A stretch of DNA of 63,688 nucleotides, filler included, from Octopus bimaculoides (Eukaryota), in assembly GCF_001194135.2 (NCBI RefSeq). It is 5 parts of 5 records of this genome, joined end to end, with 100 filler letters (N's around TTAATTAATTAA, not from the genome) between each part and the next. Parts side by side here need not be neighbours in the genome. Positions count along the whole stretch, not along the records: positions 1 to 17,085 come from NC_068983.1; 4 more parts are not named here. One strand, written 5' to 3'. Made by a program: the position numbers and the translations under genes. Below are positions 1 through 13,955 of this stretch, piece by piece (the stretch's first letter is position 1; each line of letters opens with the position of its first letter). The notes under the pieces were generated by a model. The model searched no databases. It saw only the letters and a list, made by a program, of their open reading frames with translations, and was not told the origin of the DNA.

Positions 1-42
<42 letters not shown>

Positions 43-48
<6 letters not shown>

Positions 49-532
49 TTCGGAATCACTTATCCGGAATCCAAAAATCCAGAATTACAAGAAATCTGGC
101 TATTTAAAAAATTAGCTAGCTTTGAATTTCGCAGGCTGTAGTAGTTCGTGCGCGGCCGCTTTATTTTGGTTTCCGTACCGTATGTTTTACACAACGTCAC
201 TTTTTAAGTGGATTAATAAGGATCAAACATACTCTACTTATTTTGTACGTGTATCGCTTAAGCAAATTTATATTCTTTACTTTTCTTTATTTACTTTTCA
301 TCCTATATATTATACGTGGTACAGTATTCTATATTTTACGAATTTTTAATGAAGATTAAACATACCCTGTTTTGGAAGTGTATTAATTTGTATATGTTAT
401 GCAGTCATGTTCTTTACTTTTTTGTTTATGTTATATTTTCGGAATATATTTCACCGGTGTCCGGAAATCCGGAAAATCCAGAATTCATGACCACTTCCAA
501 TACCATGGTTGCCAGATAAGAGGTTCGCTACC
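43..532. mobile_element. Possible decayed pogo/Tigger-type MITE
   Basis: Ends resemble degenerate inverted termini (cttatccggaa / ttgccagataag); internal repeated tccggaa(a)tcc..aatccagaatt motif at ~60-86 and ~460-485. Confidence 0.3.
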
Positions 533-544
533 TTTATATACATA

Positions 545-770
545 TGTCTGCGTGTGTGTCTTTGTGTCTGTGTTTTTACCCCATCATCGCTTGACAACTG
601 ACATTGATGTGTTGAAGTCCCCGTAGCCTAGCGGTTCGGCAAAGAGACAGATAGAGTAAACTCTAGGTTTACAAATATGTCTTGGGGTCGAATTGTTCGA
701 AAAAAATACTTCAAAGCGGTGCTCCAGCATGACTGCACTCAATTGAAACAAGGAAAAGAATAAAAGAATA
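545..770 (+). mobile_element. SINE family A, 3' half
   Basis: gtccccgtagcctagcggttcggcaaaga..ggtgctccagcatgactgca..gaaacaag, shared with copies at 12491 and 25798. Confidence 0.75.
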
Positions 771-1989
771 GATGCATGTATGTATGTACTCCCACATATA
801 TATAGATAATAATTATCTCATTTTTACATTAAATCTGTTGGCTTCGATTTACCTTCCTATGGAGTGTCATATTCTAAAGTCAATCAAAATTAACTCTCTT
901 AAATATATATAATTCGTCAACTTGGCAGATAACAATGCAGTAATTAGTACCTGGACACTAATAAATTATCGTTAGTTCAATACTCTTATTTTTATTGTTT
1001 CTTTATTGAACATATTGTCGGTGATTTTATTAACAGTTTTGTTTCATTTTGTTAAAGAATATTTTCACTATTAACAACATTGCCACTGAATTGAATCAAA
1101 TTAAGTCTAAGCTTTCAATTCTCATCTCATTAATTTGAAGGTAAAAATTATTTATAACTTTTATAAGATTTATCAAAATTTTAAGGACTATTTACAAGCG
1201 ACATTCCTGTATACCACACATATTTGAGTCACATAAGATTCCATGAAAAAGATTTTACCAGATAAGATTTAGTTAGAAAGTTACCTTGTCGGATATTGTT
1301 TAAATCTTTTTAATACTTTTCATAATAGGATCTTCAAAAATAGTCATCAAAGACAGAAAGCAAAAGGTTTGCGAATGTTTGTAGTTCGAATGAAAATATT
1401 CAAAACAATGCACATACAGTTGTATTATACATAAACGAAATTCAGAAATTAATGCGTATTCAATAACGGAAAAATACTATAATGCTATTCCATTTCCTGG
1501 TTATGTGAAAATCATTTATTTCATGAGTAGAAACAGGAAAATATAATTACAAATGCAAATTTTAACTTCTCTGATTCTTTTTTTAAAAATAACATGATGA
1601 TTGATTCATTTTTTTCAGATTATAGTTACCTTACATTCAGCTTAATTGTTCTGATTTAGTCTCATCTATACATGTGTTCGGGTATGACATTTCAGGCATA
1701 TATCGCCATAGGACTTTAAAAAAGCAAAACGGATCAAGAAAGGGAATAACAGTGAGATGCCTGTACTTCATTAGATTTAGGTGACAAAGGCTTTCACAAC
1801 ACTTTCACTACCTGTCGGTCGCCCTAGCGGTTTCTAGTGATCAGCATTGCAAGATAATTGCTACTATTGACTGAAGTTTTATGTCAGAGTATCTTTCTCG
1901 ATGAGCAGCCTTTCCTACGGCTTGGTAAAAAAATAATAGGAGTATCTTTTATCCTGAAGAAAGCTATTTAACCTACAGATGGGACTGAC

Positions 1990-2115
1990 AGATACTACCG
2001 TTCCGGGTCAGAACGGACATGGGGATAATGGTATTTAAGTGGTGACTCCACGCTCCTAACAACTCCCGAACTGGATCCTCATCACTGGACGCAGTTTAAT
2101 GTCATATCCAGGAGT
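1990..2115 (+). mobile_element. Interspersed repeat fragment (SINE/LINE 3' part)
   Basis: ccgggtcagaacggacatggggataatgg..cctcatcactggacgcagtttaatgtcatatccagga resembles a recurrent retroposon tail; family not assigned. Confidence 0.4.
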
Positions 2116-2305
2116 ACATACATACTAATATGCATACATGCATGCATATATACCTACCTACCTACCTACTTACCTAGATAGAATAACAGCATCTTCAGAG
2201 TTGGAGAAGTACTAGACCAACATCTTCAGAGTTGAAGAATTACTGTGCAACAACTCTGAGAATACAACTATTTTATGTGACCCGGAAGCGGCCGGGCTAG
2301 CCTAT

Positions 2306-3115
2306 ATAAACGGAAGCTTGGAAGAGAAGCAGGCATCATACCAGCAAAAGGCAATGCATGGGCCATATCCTGTAAGCTAGCGGATAATAACACTATTGAC
2401 AGGAAGAATAGCCTTTCTTGGTCTTGTGACAGATGCATTACATCCTACCTACAAGGATATGCCTTCGCTATACAAGAAAAGGAGATAGTTGCTAAATACG
2501 TAATAAATAAGGGACACAAAGATACCACCAAGCTTCTGCGTTGTGATAGAAAATATCAACTCTGCTGTACCAGTTTGGAAGATGCTACCAGCCCTAAAAT
2601 GTCAATGAGATAAACCTGCCACAAAAGCATGGCATAATTGCAATGCTATCGTCTGGAAGGATTACCCTGACATATACATCAAAAGCATGTCAGAACCAGC
2701 ATGTATTGACAAATTTAAAAAATAATGAATACTAGTGAAACACTTCAAGAAAGGAATAGTATTTCGGTGCAAACATAACTGACCTGATATCGTTCTATGG
2801 GACAGGGAACAAAAGAAGAGGTTAGCCTCCCAGTGGCTGTGAATGTATTTCAGGAAAAAGAGAATGTTTATGATGAACTAATGCAGGACTTACAGCTCTT
2901 GTACCCTGACTATAAATTCTCATTTGTACTTATCGTTATAGGTGCATCAGGCTATGTACCTACAATTTTACATAAACACTTCGGAATACTAGGTTTTTCG
3001 AAGAAAAAGAAACCGACACAGTTTCTCCAAATCCAATGTAGTAGAGGAACTGGGAAGATATGCAGGGCATTCCAGAAATCTCCATTTCAGATGAAGTCAA
3101 ATAAAATGCAAAGAA
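2306..3115 (+). mobile_element. Decayed RLE-type non-LTR retrotransposon (R4/Dong-like), 3' part of ORF
   Basis: Frameshifted peptides QQKAMHGPYP, IDRKNSLSW..QGYAFAIQEKEIVAKY, EKENVYDELMQDLQLLYPDYKFSFVLIVIGASGYVP match the region before the zinc knuckle and the restriction-like endonuclease C-terminus. Confidence 0.75.
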
Positions 3116-3117
3116 TA

Positions 3118-3149
<32 letters not shown>

Positions 3150-3159
3150 NNNNNNNNNN

Positions 3160-3193
<34 letters not shown>

Positions 3194-3249
3194 TATATAC
3201 ATCTCTCTCTCTATGTATGTATATGGGGTGGCTTCATTAGACCTTGTTG

Positions 3250-3400
3250 CTAGTGTTATGGTCGCACTGCTAACAAGCCTGAGGTGGTGTTGGAAGGTAA
3301 TCCATGACTTGCAGCCGTAGAGGAGTTTGATCTGTATATCGGTTGTCTGCACGCTTGTTTCTGTGCCTTTCTTCAGTGACTTGCTGTTCGAAGGACTTTT
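3250..3400 (-). mobile_element. RTE-clade LINE fragment
   Basis: LLYGCKSWITFQHHLRL is similar to the RTE post-RT motif LLYGxExWxxYxxHxxxL. Confidence 0.6.
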
Positions 3401-4956
3401 AAAAATTTTGAAGTAATGATTGATTATATGTAATGTTTGATGATATGTAGAGTTTTCAACTACTCAGTGACAAAATAGGAAGAAACTGAAAACTAAACCT
3501 CATAGTTGAGTTCAAAAAAGAATTCTTCAATGTGTGTAAGTTAGGCAAATTTTACATACTTCATATACTGATTGCTACGCAAAATGTAATTACTGCCTAA
3601 TTCATAACTGACTAAAGTATCTATTGAACAAATACAAACTACGTTAAGTGTTACAGTTTTTAGTATAAGAACAGTAAAACACAGTGGAGCTATAACCAAA
3701 TCAGCGTGAATTGACGAAACTTACAATAAAACATATATAACTAACGCATAGTTGAAAGATAAAGTACATATTCCTTGTTTAACTTTTATTTTTCTATATT
3801 TTCATGGTTACTAATTTGTATTTTTATTGTATGTGGATATTTTCTACCGACTTATAGTTTAGCTGAATCACTAATGTTGCTGACAGGGTCGACATTAATT
3901 TTCATGTTACTGTAGTCAATAAAATAAATACCAGATAAGTACAAATATAGATATAGTCGCCTGTTGCCTCTTCGCAAATATCTGACCTTATGTCTATGAT
4001 AAAAATCAATATATCAACATTTACTTTTATCTTTAAAATGTCTTTACTTTTATTCATTTTTTCAAAAGAAAAAAAGAAATTATTTTAAAAAATTTGCTTT
4101 AATAGTTTTAAATTTATTTACTTTTATTCATATCTTTAGAAAGTATTTTCTCTACTTACCTTTCAATTTTTAATTTTTCTCATACGTGTGTAAAAGATAT
4201 TGAATTCCATTCTACTATTTATTTTATTGTTTTATATATTTAAATTATCTTGTCTTTTTCCATAAAAGGCATATTTTTGAAGACAGATAGGATTAAGAAC
4301 ATTACTATGTGGTATCTCTAATATTTATCCGGCTAGTATTATTCATTTTTTCTGGAATCCTATTATAGTTGCTATTCAGACAAAATAAAATACCTAAGTA
4401 TCTGTGTATTGATTTTTCATATTATTTCACTTCAAATTTAGCTTTCATTGCAGGATTAATAACGTACTTTATTTGCCTTGAATAATGTTTTATTTAATCA
4501 AACGCATTTTTAGAAGATTCGAAGCATAGGTTCTTTAGTAGACAGCGTAAAAAAAAAAAAAAAAAAGAACACAGAAATTGATGCCAAATTATTTGCATGC
4601 AAATTATTGGAGACGTTTTTGCTTCAGGTTATTTTCTCACTGGATCAAATTAAACTCATTAGTAACTTTTTCTACTATTATATACTGATGACACAATATA
4701 ATTAAATATTGTCATATTTGTGATAACATTTTAAATAAGGCTTAAATAATTAGCTATATGCAAAAAGTATGTTAGTCAATGATATTATTTTTATTATTTT
4801 GCCAAGTGCAAAATATCACCCTATGCATCTTTAGTGCGAGTGTAGACAATATTTTACTTACTAAAATAATCTTGACGAAACCTCTACATTAAATACAAAA
4901 CTGTACAATGGTTTACACAAAAAATATAATTCGTTAGGACAATGTTCCACAAATTT

Positions 4957-5138
4957 CTTTTACTTATTTCAATCATTTGACTGGGTCCATGCTGGAGCAC
5001 GGTCTTGAAGGGTTTAGTCAAAGAAATTGACTATAGGACTTATTCTTTGTAAGCCCAGTTCTTATTTTATCGGTCTGTTTTGTCCACCCGTTATGTTACG
5101 GGGACATAGATACACCAGCATCGGTTGCCAAGCGATGG

Positions 5139-5172
<34 letters not shown>

Positions 5173-5193
5173 GCACACACACACAGACACACA

Positions 5194-5231
<38 letters not shown>

Positions 5232-5312
5232 TACACAAACGCACAGACATATACGACAGACCTCTTTTTGTTTCCGACTATCAAATATACTCAAAGGTTT
5301 TGGTCGGCACGT
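4957..5312 (-). mobile_element. SINE family A (5'-truncated) with internal (CA)n tract
   Basis: Reverse complement of the family A body and tail; ~100 bp CA repeat in the middle. Confidence 0.8.
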
Positions 5313-5757
5313 GAAGCACTGATGCGCATTAAGGGATATCTATCTGCGTTTTCAAGTGTTAGAAATGTTTGTTAAATCTTTCGAAAATCTATATTAATGC
5401 TAGTGCATCATGAAAATCTATTATCCATACTTATGTTATATATGTCATTATTGTTAATACTTACATTCTGCTAAACTCCATGCGAATTGCAAAGGTGGAT
5501 TTATATTCAACATGCAGTATTGTCCACGGAATCATAATGAGTGAGAGGCCTGAAATAATGAGCAATAACACAGAGCAATCACTATTTCACAATACACTCT
5601 TCTGTAAACAATAAAATAAAAATGCAATAAAAACAAAACCACAGCATAAATAGATGAAATATTGGTCATCTATATCTCTAGCTGTCCTTTTGTTTAATTG
5701 CCATTAATTTATATGTTGGTATATATGGCTTGATTTCTGTCTGGTTTTCTGTTTAGA

Positions 5758-5821
<64 letters not shown>

Positions 5822-6110
5822 GTCAGTCTGTCAGTCTGTCTGTCTGTCTGTCTGTCTATTCTTTTCTATTCTATTCTATACATGCAATACCTATAGCAAC
5901 TCTGGCCACCTCTGGGTCACATGAAATAGTTGTATTCTCAGAGTAGTTGCACAGTAATTCTTCAACTCTGAAGATGTTGGTATTGTACTTCTCCAACTCT
6001 GAAGATGCTGTTTTTGTATGTATGTATGTATGTATGTATGCATGTATGTATGTATGTTTGTATGTATGTATGTGTGTGTGTGTGTATGTATGTATGTGTG
6101 TACATGTATG

Positions 6111-6179
<69 letters not shown>

Positions 6180-8030
6180 GTATGTGTGTATGTATGTATG
6201 TATGTTTGTATGTCTTATGTATGTAGGTGGGTAGGTAGGTAGATAGGTGCTAAAGGGATTTCACTTGAAAACTACGTAATACCTGTTGAAGATCTGAACA
6301 CATCACATAATCTATTTATCCAATATATCGTCTTTCATCACTTGGCAATATGAAGATGATTATGGATTTGTTGAAACGTTGGAAAAAACTTTATATTCCA
6401 AACTCGATGAATGCAGATGACTGCATTGATAGGAAATCTAGGCAAAGTTTAAACTTTTCGGATTACGTCAGCATTAACTGCATTACTGTTAATATATAAA
6501 GCTATTTCACTCGCTTTTCTCTCAAAAGATGTATAAAGACATGCAGTAGTTCCAACCGAATACGCCAACAATAAAGTAAATTAGTAACATGCCCATGCAC
6601 TTTGTTTTTCTTTTTTGCTGTGTTAAGGAGCAGAGAGGATGTAGCCAAGTTCGACGTATATTACATTATGTTGATCAACAAATATACATAACAGACATGT
6701 TAGCTAAATAAACGGCGAAAAGAAATGACGAGGAAAATTCAGTTCAGAAAACAATGAACAGAGCCGAGTTGAATGAGAGAAGTAGAATTATCAATGATGT
6801 GTGTTAGGCATAAGAAAATATTTTGATTCACTTAGTTGATTTCAATGGATTTTCCCAAAATATTGCAAAAGAAAGTTGCCAAGCATTGTTATGTTGTTGC
6901 TTATTTAACTGACAAAAGCTTTGTCGATGTCAATTGGAGAGACTGTAATGGACTTAGTTTGGTCCTATGGAGAGCATCTGTCAAACAAAGACTGGATTAT
7001 TCTCAAACTGCAACTAAAGAAAGTTTTCCTATTGGAGAAAGTGAAGAGGCTCCGTTTGATATAGAAAGAGAATAGACAAGATTTGTTCGTCTTTTGTACC
7101 TAAATATGCTACAATAAAAAACACTTGGAAAATAATCACTATCATTTTGAATACAGCACTAAATTTACTCACAGGAGAATACATTATCGTGGTGTATAAT
7201 ATTTAAGTATTTTATGCAGGAGTCAATGCTTTGAAACTGAAGACAGTTAATTGCTCATCTATATATTTAATCGTCAAGACTGAAAGATATGTGCTTTATG
7301 AAATACATTCGAATAGCTATTATCAACATTATGTTATATATATTATAACTATGACTGGAATTTGATTAAGATTAGAACTTTTAAATGCATATCCCAACTT
7401 ATCGTTGGCATAAGTATTACTTCTATCTTTATTAATTTAACCTAAAACTTCGTTTAAGTTGTATTTTAAACGAAAGATTCGTTAAGATTAGTTTTGCATA
7501 TAATATTTCCGTTAGTTTATATTATAATAAACGTAAAGTTAATTATGACATGTTTATAATTTTTGATATTTTTAATAATATTTTTTCTATTTTAATGTAA
7601 TAAATATTTCTAAATGCATTCATTTGTTATTTCTTGTTGGTTGATGCATACATTCTTTTATTATTATTGTTGTTGTATTTTGACCTGAATATTAGCTATA
7701 TTTTTGAATAGAATTGGTTTTCGATCGTTTTAATCGATTTGAATATTTTTTTATTTTCTATTTCAAAATTTGGTTATGAAACACGTGTAGTCGTTTTACT
7801 ATTATCTTATGATATTTACTTTGTATTATATTATACTTATTTATCGTGCATTTACTTATTAATTTTTTTTATATGTGACTGTGGATTTTCATGGATGAGT
7901 TCATGAACTTTGCTTCTTTTCTCTAAAACTATATATTTATATATTTTATACTGTGAAACTTAATTTAATTTTAATTTTTAGTAAATTGAATTTAATTGAG
8001 TTTTTACCTGTAAATTTGAATTTTTATCCC

Positions 8031-8068
<38 letters not shown>

Positions 8069-8611
8069 NNNNNNNNNNNNNNNNNNNNNNNNNNNNNNNN
8101 NNNNNNNNNNNNNNNNNNNNNNNNNNNNNNNNNNNNNNNNNNNNNNNNNNNNNNNNNACACAAGGAAAATTCTTTAGCACATCTTAATTATAATTTACAA
8201 ATATTTCTGTACCATCTCCATTTCCTACGCCAGCTTTCGTGAAAATCCTATTTTAGACATTGGAAAGGCACTTCCTCACACTTGCATCCAAGTTGTGCCA
8301 TTACATTATGCGTCCCTCAGACCTTGTTGTTAGTAAAATATCGGGAGGAAATTAAAAAGAAAAGAATTAAAAGCGTGGGATGAGTATGTGGAGAAGATAT
8401 TATGTGGGTGGGATTATGAACAGGGTGGATATGTATAATGATAGAAAACAGAAATGGAAGGTAGGTGAAGGGAAACGCTCAGAAGAAGACGAAAGTGAAG
8501 TAGAAGGGAGGGAAGAGGAAGCAAAAGATTTGGTTGATGGAAACTATGTGAAAGCTTGTTTTGTGTGTGTGTGTATACATACATACATACGTACATATAT
8601 ATATCTATATC

Positions 8612-8649
<38 letters not shown>

Positions 8650-8654
8650 TGTAT

Positions 8655-9207
8655 GTACCCCTTTGAGCAACATCAAATTCACTCATAATCTCTCTCCAAG
8701 CTTTCCTGTCAATTATAAACTCTCTTGCCTCTCTCACTCCAACACCACTAACCACCAAAACATTCCTCACTCCATCCATCCACACAAACCGAGGTCTGCC
8801 TCAGGTTCTGTTGCCTACCACTTCTGCGTTCACCACCCTCCTTACCATCAGCTCCTCATCTATCCTCTCCACGTGTCCAAACACCTCCACATCCGTCTAT
8901 CCATTTTGGTTGTTAGTTTTTCTTTCATTCCTGCTTGTCTTCGCACCTCCTCGTTCCTCATCCTGTCCATCCGTGTGACACCAACAATAACCCTCAGACA
9001 TCTCATCTCCAGCACATCTAGTCGTATCCTTTCCGCCTCTCTCATCCCCCACGTCTCTGCACCATATAACATTGTCGGCACAATGAGGCCCTCATACACG
9101 CCTCTTTTCGCTTTCATACTCAAACTTTTATCTCTCAGTACACCTTTCACAACTCCAAGTATCTTACTCCCCTTCCTTACTCTATATCCCATCTCCCCAG
9201 CCAACAA
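8655..9207 (-). mobile_element. RTE-clade LINE 3' fragment
   Basis: ..VYEGLIVPTMLYGAETW..LEMRCLRVIVGVTRMDRMRNEEVR.., then frameshifted FGHVERIDEE..GRPRFVWMDGV..DRKAWR. Confidence 0.9.
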
Positions 9208-9736
9208 AAACTACAGGTTGATGTTACATCATTTTTGGACAAAAAAAAAACAACATCGCATGTGTATCTATAACTGACGAATAGTCCCTAGCAACATAGT
9301 GTGGATTAGAAATCATATTACATTATAAGTCGTTAAAGTAAAGTTTTAAAAACATTCCCTATAAATCTCTTTTAGAATATGGATATAACTGCGAAATTTC
9401 ATGCGTCCGCAATTGAAAAGACCTCATTGAGATACGAAACTACGAATATGTGGTTTGAAACCTAGCCGGTTAGCTTTGCTACTATCTTCCCCCAATAAAC
9501 GTCATAAAATATAACGTGGGCTTAATAAATATTCTCCACCAGTAGCATACTTTTAAATAGTTTCTGAGATGCATTATGGAATACTACAAGTAGATTTGAA
9601 CTCAAAATTCATGATCTCCTTGATCAATGTTTACTTCAATTATAGCTTCAGTTTTAACACATATATGCACACACAAACACACACACATTCACAAAGCACA
9701 TATACACATATTTCTTTATAAAAATGTATATATGAA

Positions 9737-9809
<73 letters not shown>

Positions 9810-10270
9810 CTATATATACGTGGAAATTCAAACGCACACACTAGGAAAACCAAGGAGACATTGTTAATGAAAGTAGATGGCCTGTGGATATATCCGAGAT
9901 TCAATATTGGTATGCAAGTATAAAAAGCAAAATGAAATGAAAATCAAGCACGGCGGCAAAATATAGAAAAACTAGATACACAGGAAAGAAAAAAAAATCC
10001 AACACCCTCCTTCTGCAAAAAATATAGAGAAAAGAAATAAGAGAAAAGCAAAACTGTTTCTACGGCATCGAAGACGGAAAGCGTAACATACATTGTTATT
10101 CACATTTATCACACAGGTGGAGAGATTTTATTAAAATATCCTGTGATTAGTATTCTATTCCACACAAACTATTATTTATATCTGTAATATATTTAGGTCC
10201 ACATGTGTGTGCGTATGTGTATGTATATATATGTGTATGTGTGTGTGTGTATATATATATATATACACAT

Positions 10271-10304
<34 letters not shown>

Positions 10305-11678
10305 GTATTTATATAGGAAATTAATATAAATATAAATACTACACATCCTCACATACATATATATGCATATACATATATATATANNNNNNNNNNNNNNNNN
10401 NNNNNNNNNNNNNNNNNNNNNNNNNNNNNNNNNNNNNNNNNNNNNNNNNNNNNNNNNNNNNNNNNNNNNNNNNNNNNNNNNNNNNNNNNNNNNNNNNNNN
10501 NNNNNNNNNNNNNNNNNNNNNNNNNNNNNNNNNNNNNNNNNNNNNNNNNNNNNNNNNNNNNNNNNNNNNNNNNNNNNNNNNNNNNNNNNNNNNNNNNNNN
10601 NNNNNNNNNNNNNNNNNNNNNNNNNNNNNNNNNNNNNNNNNNNNNNNNNNNNNNNNNNNNNNNNNNNNNNNNNNNNNNNNNNNNNNNNNNNNNNNNNNNN
10701 NNNNNNNNNNNNNNNNNNNNNNNNNNNNNGTCCACATGTGTGTGCGTATGTGTATGTATATATATGTGTATGTGTGTGTGTGTATATATATATATATACA
10801 TATCGGTATTGTATACACTTTTTCTGATGCATGTAAATTCTATGACATTACATGCACGCACACAATACGCACACACACACGCACGTGTGTGTGTGTGTGT
10901 GTATACATAGAGTGATGAATGGGTTTTTGTTATTTCATTTCTTTATCGATTTCTTCTTTTTCAGTTCGTTCTTTAATCTAGAATACGAAATCAACGCTTT
11001 CATTTTCGGTGGCGGGGATACATGCGCAATGATTTAAATTGCAGGGAAATCCATTTTGCTTCTAATCACTTTGTTGTTGTTGTTTCTTTGTCGTCTTTCT
11101 ATTTCTTCTTTACATTTTCTTGAGTTATATTTCATCTCAGTTTTTAGCGTAATGATTATTTGTATTTCTTCAATTTTGCTATTTTTCAATCTCTCAAGGA
11201 AATATACCCTGAAGATTGGCGTAAAAATGTGTCTACAACTGCTCACCCATAGAATAAATATATTTGTCACATACAGAAACTGTCATACAATATGGACAAA
11301 ATACACAAATAAACGTAAATATACACACAATTGTAGGCACACACGCGTATGGATATGATTATACAACTGGTTTGAATGCAATTGTAAGTTTCGCCTATAG
11401 GGAACAGACGAATAAGCTGCTACGGGTGTAACATGAGGTTGTAATGAACCCAACATGTATAATGAAGATGATGTTCCAAAAAGAAGTAGCTAACTCACTG
11501 AGAAAGACAGGGAGAGAGTGAGAGAGAGAAAGGGAGAGAGTGAGAGAGAGAAAGGGAGAGAGACAAAAAGGGCTGTATGGTAAAGGTGAATATATAAATC
11601 ATATATGAATACGCATTTAGTTGCTACGTATCTCTTTATGGTGTATGTATGCATCTGTTTGTTTGTGTGTGTGTGTGT

Positions 11679-11720
<42 letters not shown>

Positions 11721-12419
11721 NNNNNNNNNNNNNNNNNNNNNNNNNNNNNNNNNNNNNNNNNNNNNNNNNNNNNNNNNNNNNNNNNNNNNNNNNNNNNNNN
11801 NNNNNNNNNNNNNNNNNNNNNNNNNNNNNNNNNNNNNNNNNNNNNNNNNNNNNNNNNNNNNNNNNNNNNNNNNNNNNNNNNNNNNNNNNNNNNNNNNNNN
11901 NNNNNNNNNNNNNNNNNNNNNNNNNNNNNNNNNNNNNNNNNNNNNNNNNNNNNNNNNNNNNNNNNNNNNNNNNNNNNNNNNNNNNNNNNNNNNNNNNNNN
12001 NNNNNNNNNNNNNNNNNNNNNNNNNNNNNNNNNNNNNNNNNNNNNNNNNNNNNNNNNNNNNNNNNNNNNNNNNNNNNNNNNNNNNNNNNNNNNNNNNNNN
12101 NNNNNNNNNNNNNNNNNNNNNNNNNNNNNNNNNNNNNTATATATATATATATATATATATATATCCTCCACGAGAAAAAATTTCTGCCCTAACTCTTCGG
12201 AACGCCAGTGTTTTAATGATGGCAGCTGATGAAGGATATGTTCTCTATGTGGCCTGCTCGTTTTTCGTACCTTGTTTATCATTTTGACCATGTTTTTTTG
12301 CAACGTCATGTACGCAGATATGTATCTATATGTACATGTAGATGAAGGTATGTACATACATACTAAACACTCCCACAAAGACATTCCAAAAAACACTGTC
12401 ATATATACGAAAGCACACG

Positions 12420-12471
<52 letters not shown>

Positions 12472-12490
12472 AGGATACGTAGCCACTATA

Positions 12491-12900
12491 GGCGCAGGAG
12501 TGGTTGTGTGGTAAGTAGCTTGCTTACCAACCACATGGTTCCGGGTTCATTCCCTCTGCGTGGCACCTTCGGCAAGTGTCTTCTACTATAGCCTCGGGCA
12601 GACCAAAGCCTTGTGCGTGGAATTGGTAGACGGAAACTGAAAGAAGCCCGTCGTATATATGTATATATACATATATATATATGTATATATACATATATAT
12701 ATGTATGTGTGTTTGTATCTGTGTTTGTCCCCCCAACCGATGCTGGTGTGATTACGCCCCCGTAACTTAGCGGTTCAGCAAAAGATTTCGGTAGAATAAG
12801 TACTAGGTTTCCAAAGAATAAGTCATGGGGTCGATTTGCTCGACTAAAAGGCGGTGCTCTAGCATGGCCGCAGCCAAATGACTGAAACAAATAAAATAAT
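12491..12900 (+). mobile_element. Full-length tRNA-derived SINE, family A
   Basis: A-box-like gtggtaag, B-box-like ggttcattccc, central ggcaccttcggcaagtgtctt, internal (TA/TG)n, A-rich tail. Confidence 0.88.
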
Positions 12901-13857
12901 AAAATAAAATAGACATATACATACATATGCATATACTCATCTATTGTTTATATATACATATACATACATACATACATATATATATATAAATNNNNNNNNN
13001 NNNNNNNNNNNNNNNNNNNNNNNNNNNNNNNNNNNNNNNNNNNNNNNNNNNNNNNNNNNNNNNNNNNNNNNNNNNNNNNNNNNNNNNNNNNNNNNNNNNN
13101 NNNNNNNNNNNNNNNNNNNNNNNNNNNNNNNNNNNNNNNNNNNNNNNNNNNNNNNNNNNNNNNNNNNNNNNNNNNNNNNNNNNNNNNNNNNNNNNNNNNN
13201 NNNNNNNNNNNNNNNNNNNNNNNNNNNNNNNNNNNNNNNNNNNNNNNNNNNNNNNNNNNNNNNNNNNNNNNNNNNNNNNNNNNNNNNNNNNNNNNNNNNN
13301 NNNNNNNNNNNNNNNNNNNNNNNNNNNNNNNNNNNNNNNNNNNNNNNNNNNNNNNNNNNNNNNNNNNNNNNNNNNNNNNNNNNNNNNNNNNNNNNNNNNN
13401 NNNNNNNNNNNNNNNNNNNNNNNNNNNNNNNNNNNNNNNNNNNNNNNNNNNNNNNNNNNNNNNNNNNNNNNNNNNNNNNNNNNNNNNNNNNNNNNNNNNN
13501 NNNNNNNNNNNNNNNNNNNNNNATATATATATACATAACATAAATCTCACGTGCGCACACTGATACATGTATACACATACATATATTCATGATATGTATG
13601 CATGTATGTATAAATTTGTTAATAAGTATATATCCATCATACACATATATATTTGTATGTATGTGAGCGTGGGTGTGTGTCTCTGTGCCTGTGTATGTGT
13701 GTAAATGTGTGTAAATATGCAAATATTTCTATTCGTATGCTGTTTGCATGTGTATATTTGGCTGCACGAATAAGTTCAATTTTGTGAATGCAAGAATGTA
13801 TATATATATATATATATAAAGAAGAGGTTTATTCCCACGAAGGAAAATATGTAGATG

Positions 13858-13955
<98 letters not shown>

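Noticed and set aside
11034-11070. MDFPAI peptide resembling the start of RFC5 exon 10
   Set aside because: Wrong strand, upstream of the gene, and ends in a stop.
12165-12320. Minus-strand peptide KNMVKMINK..QLPSLKHW, faintly like KSR exon 2 (KLVKYFS..FPQLRHW)
   Set aside because: No phase-0 acceptor or donor, wrong spacing, and the DNA matches a repeat also present at about 53615.
12491-12560. tRNA genes
   Set aside because: The A/B-box segments are SINE heads without full cloverleafs.
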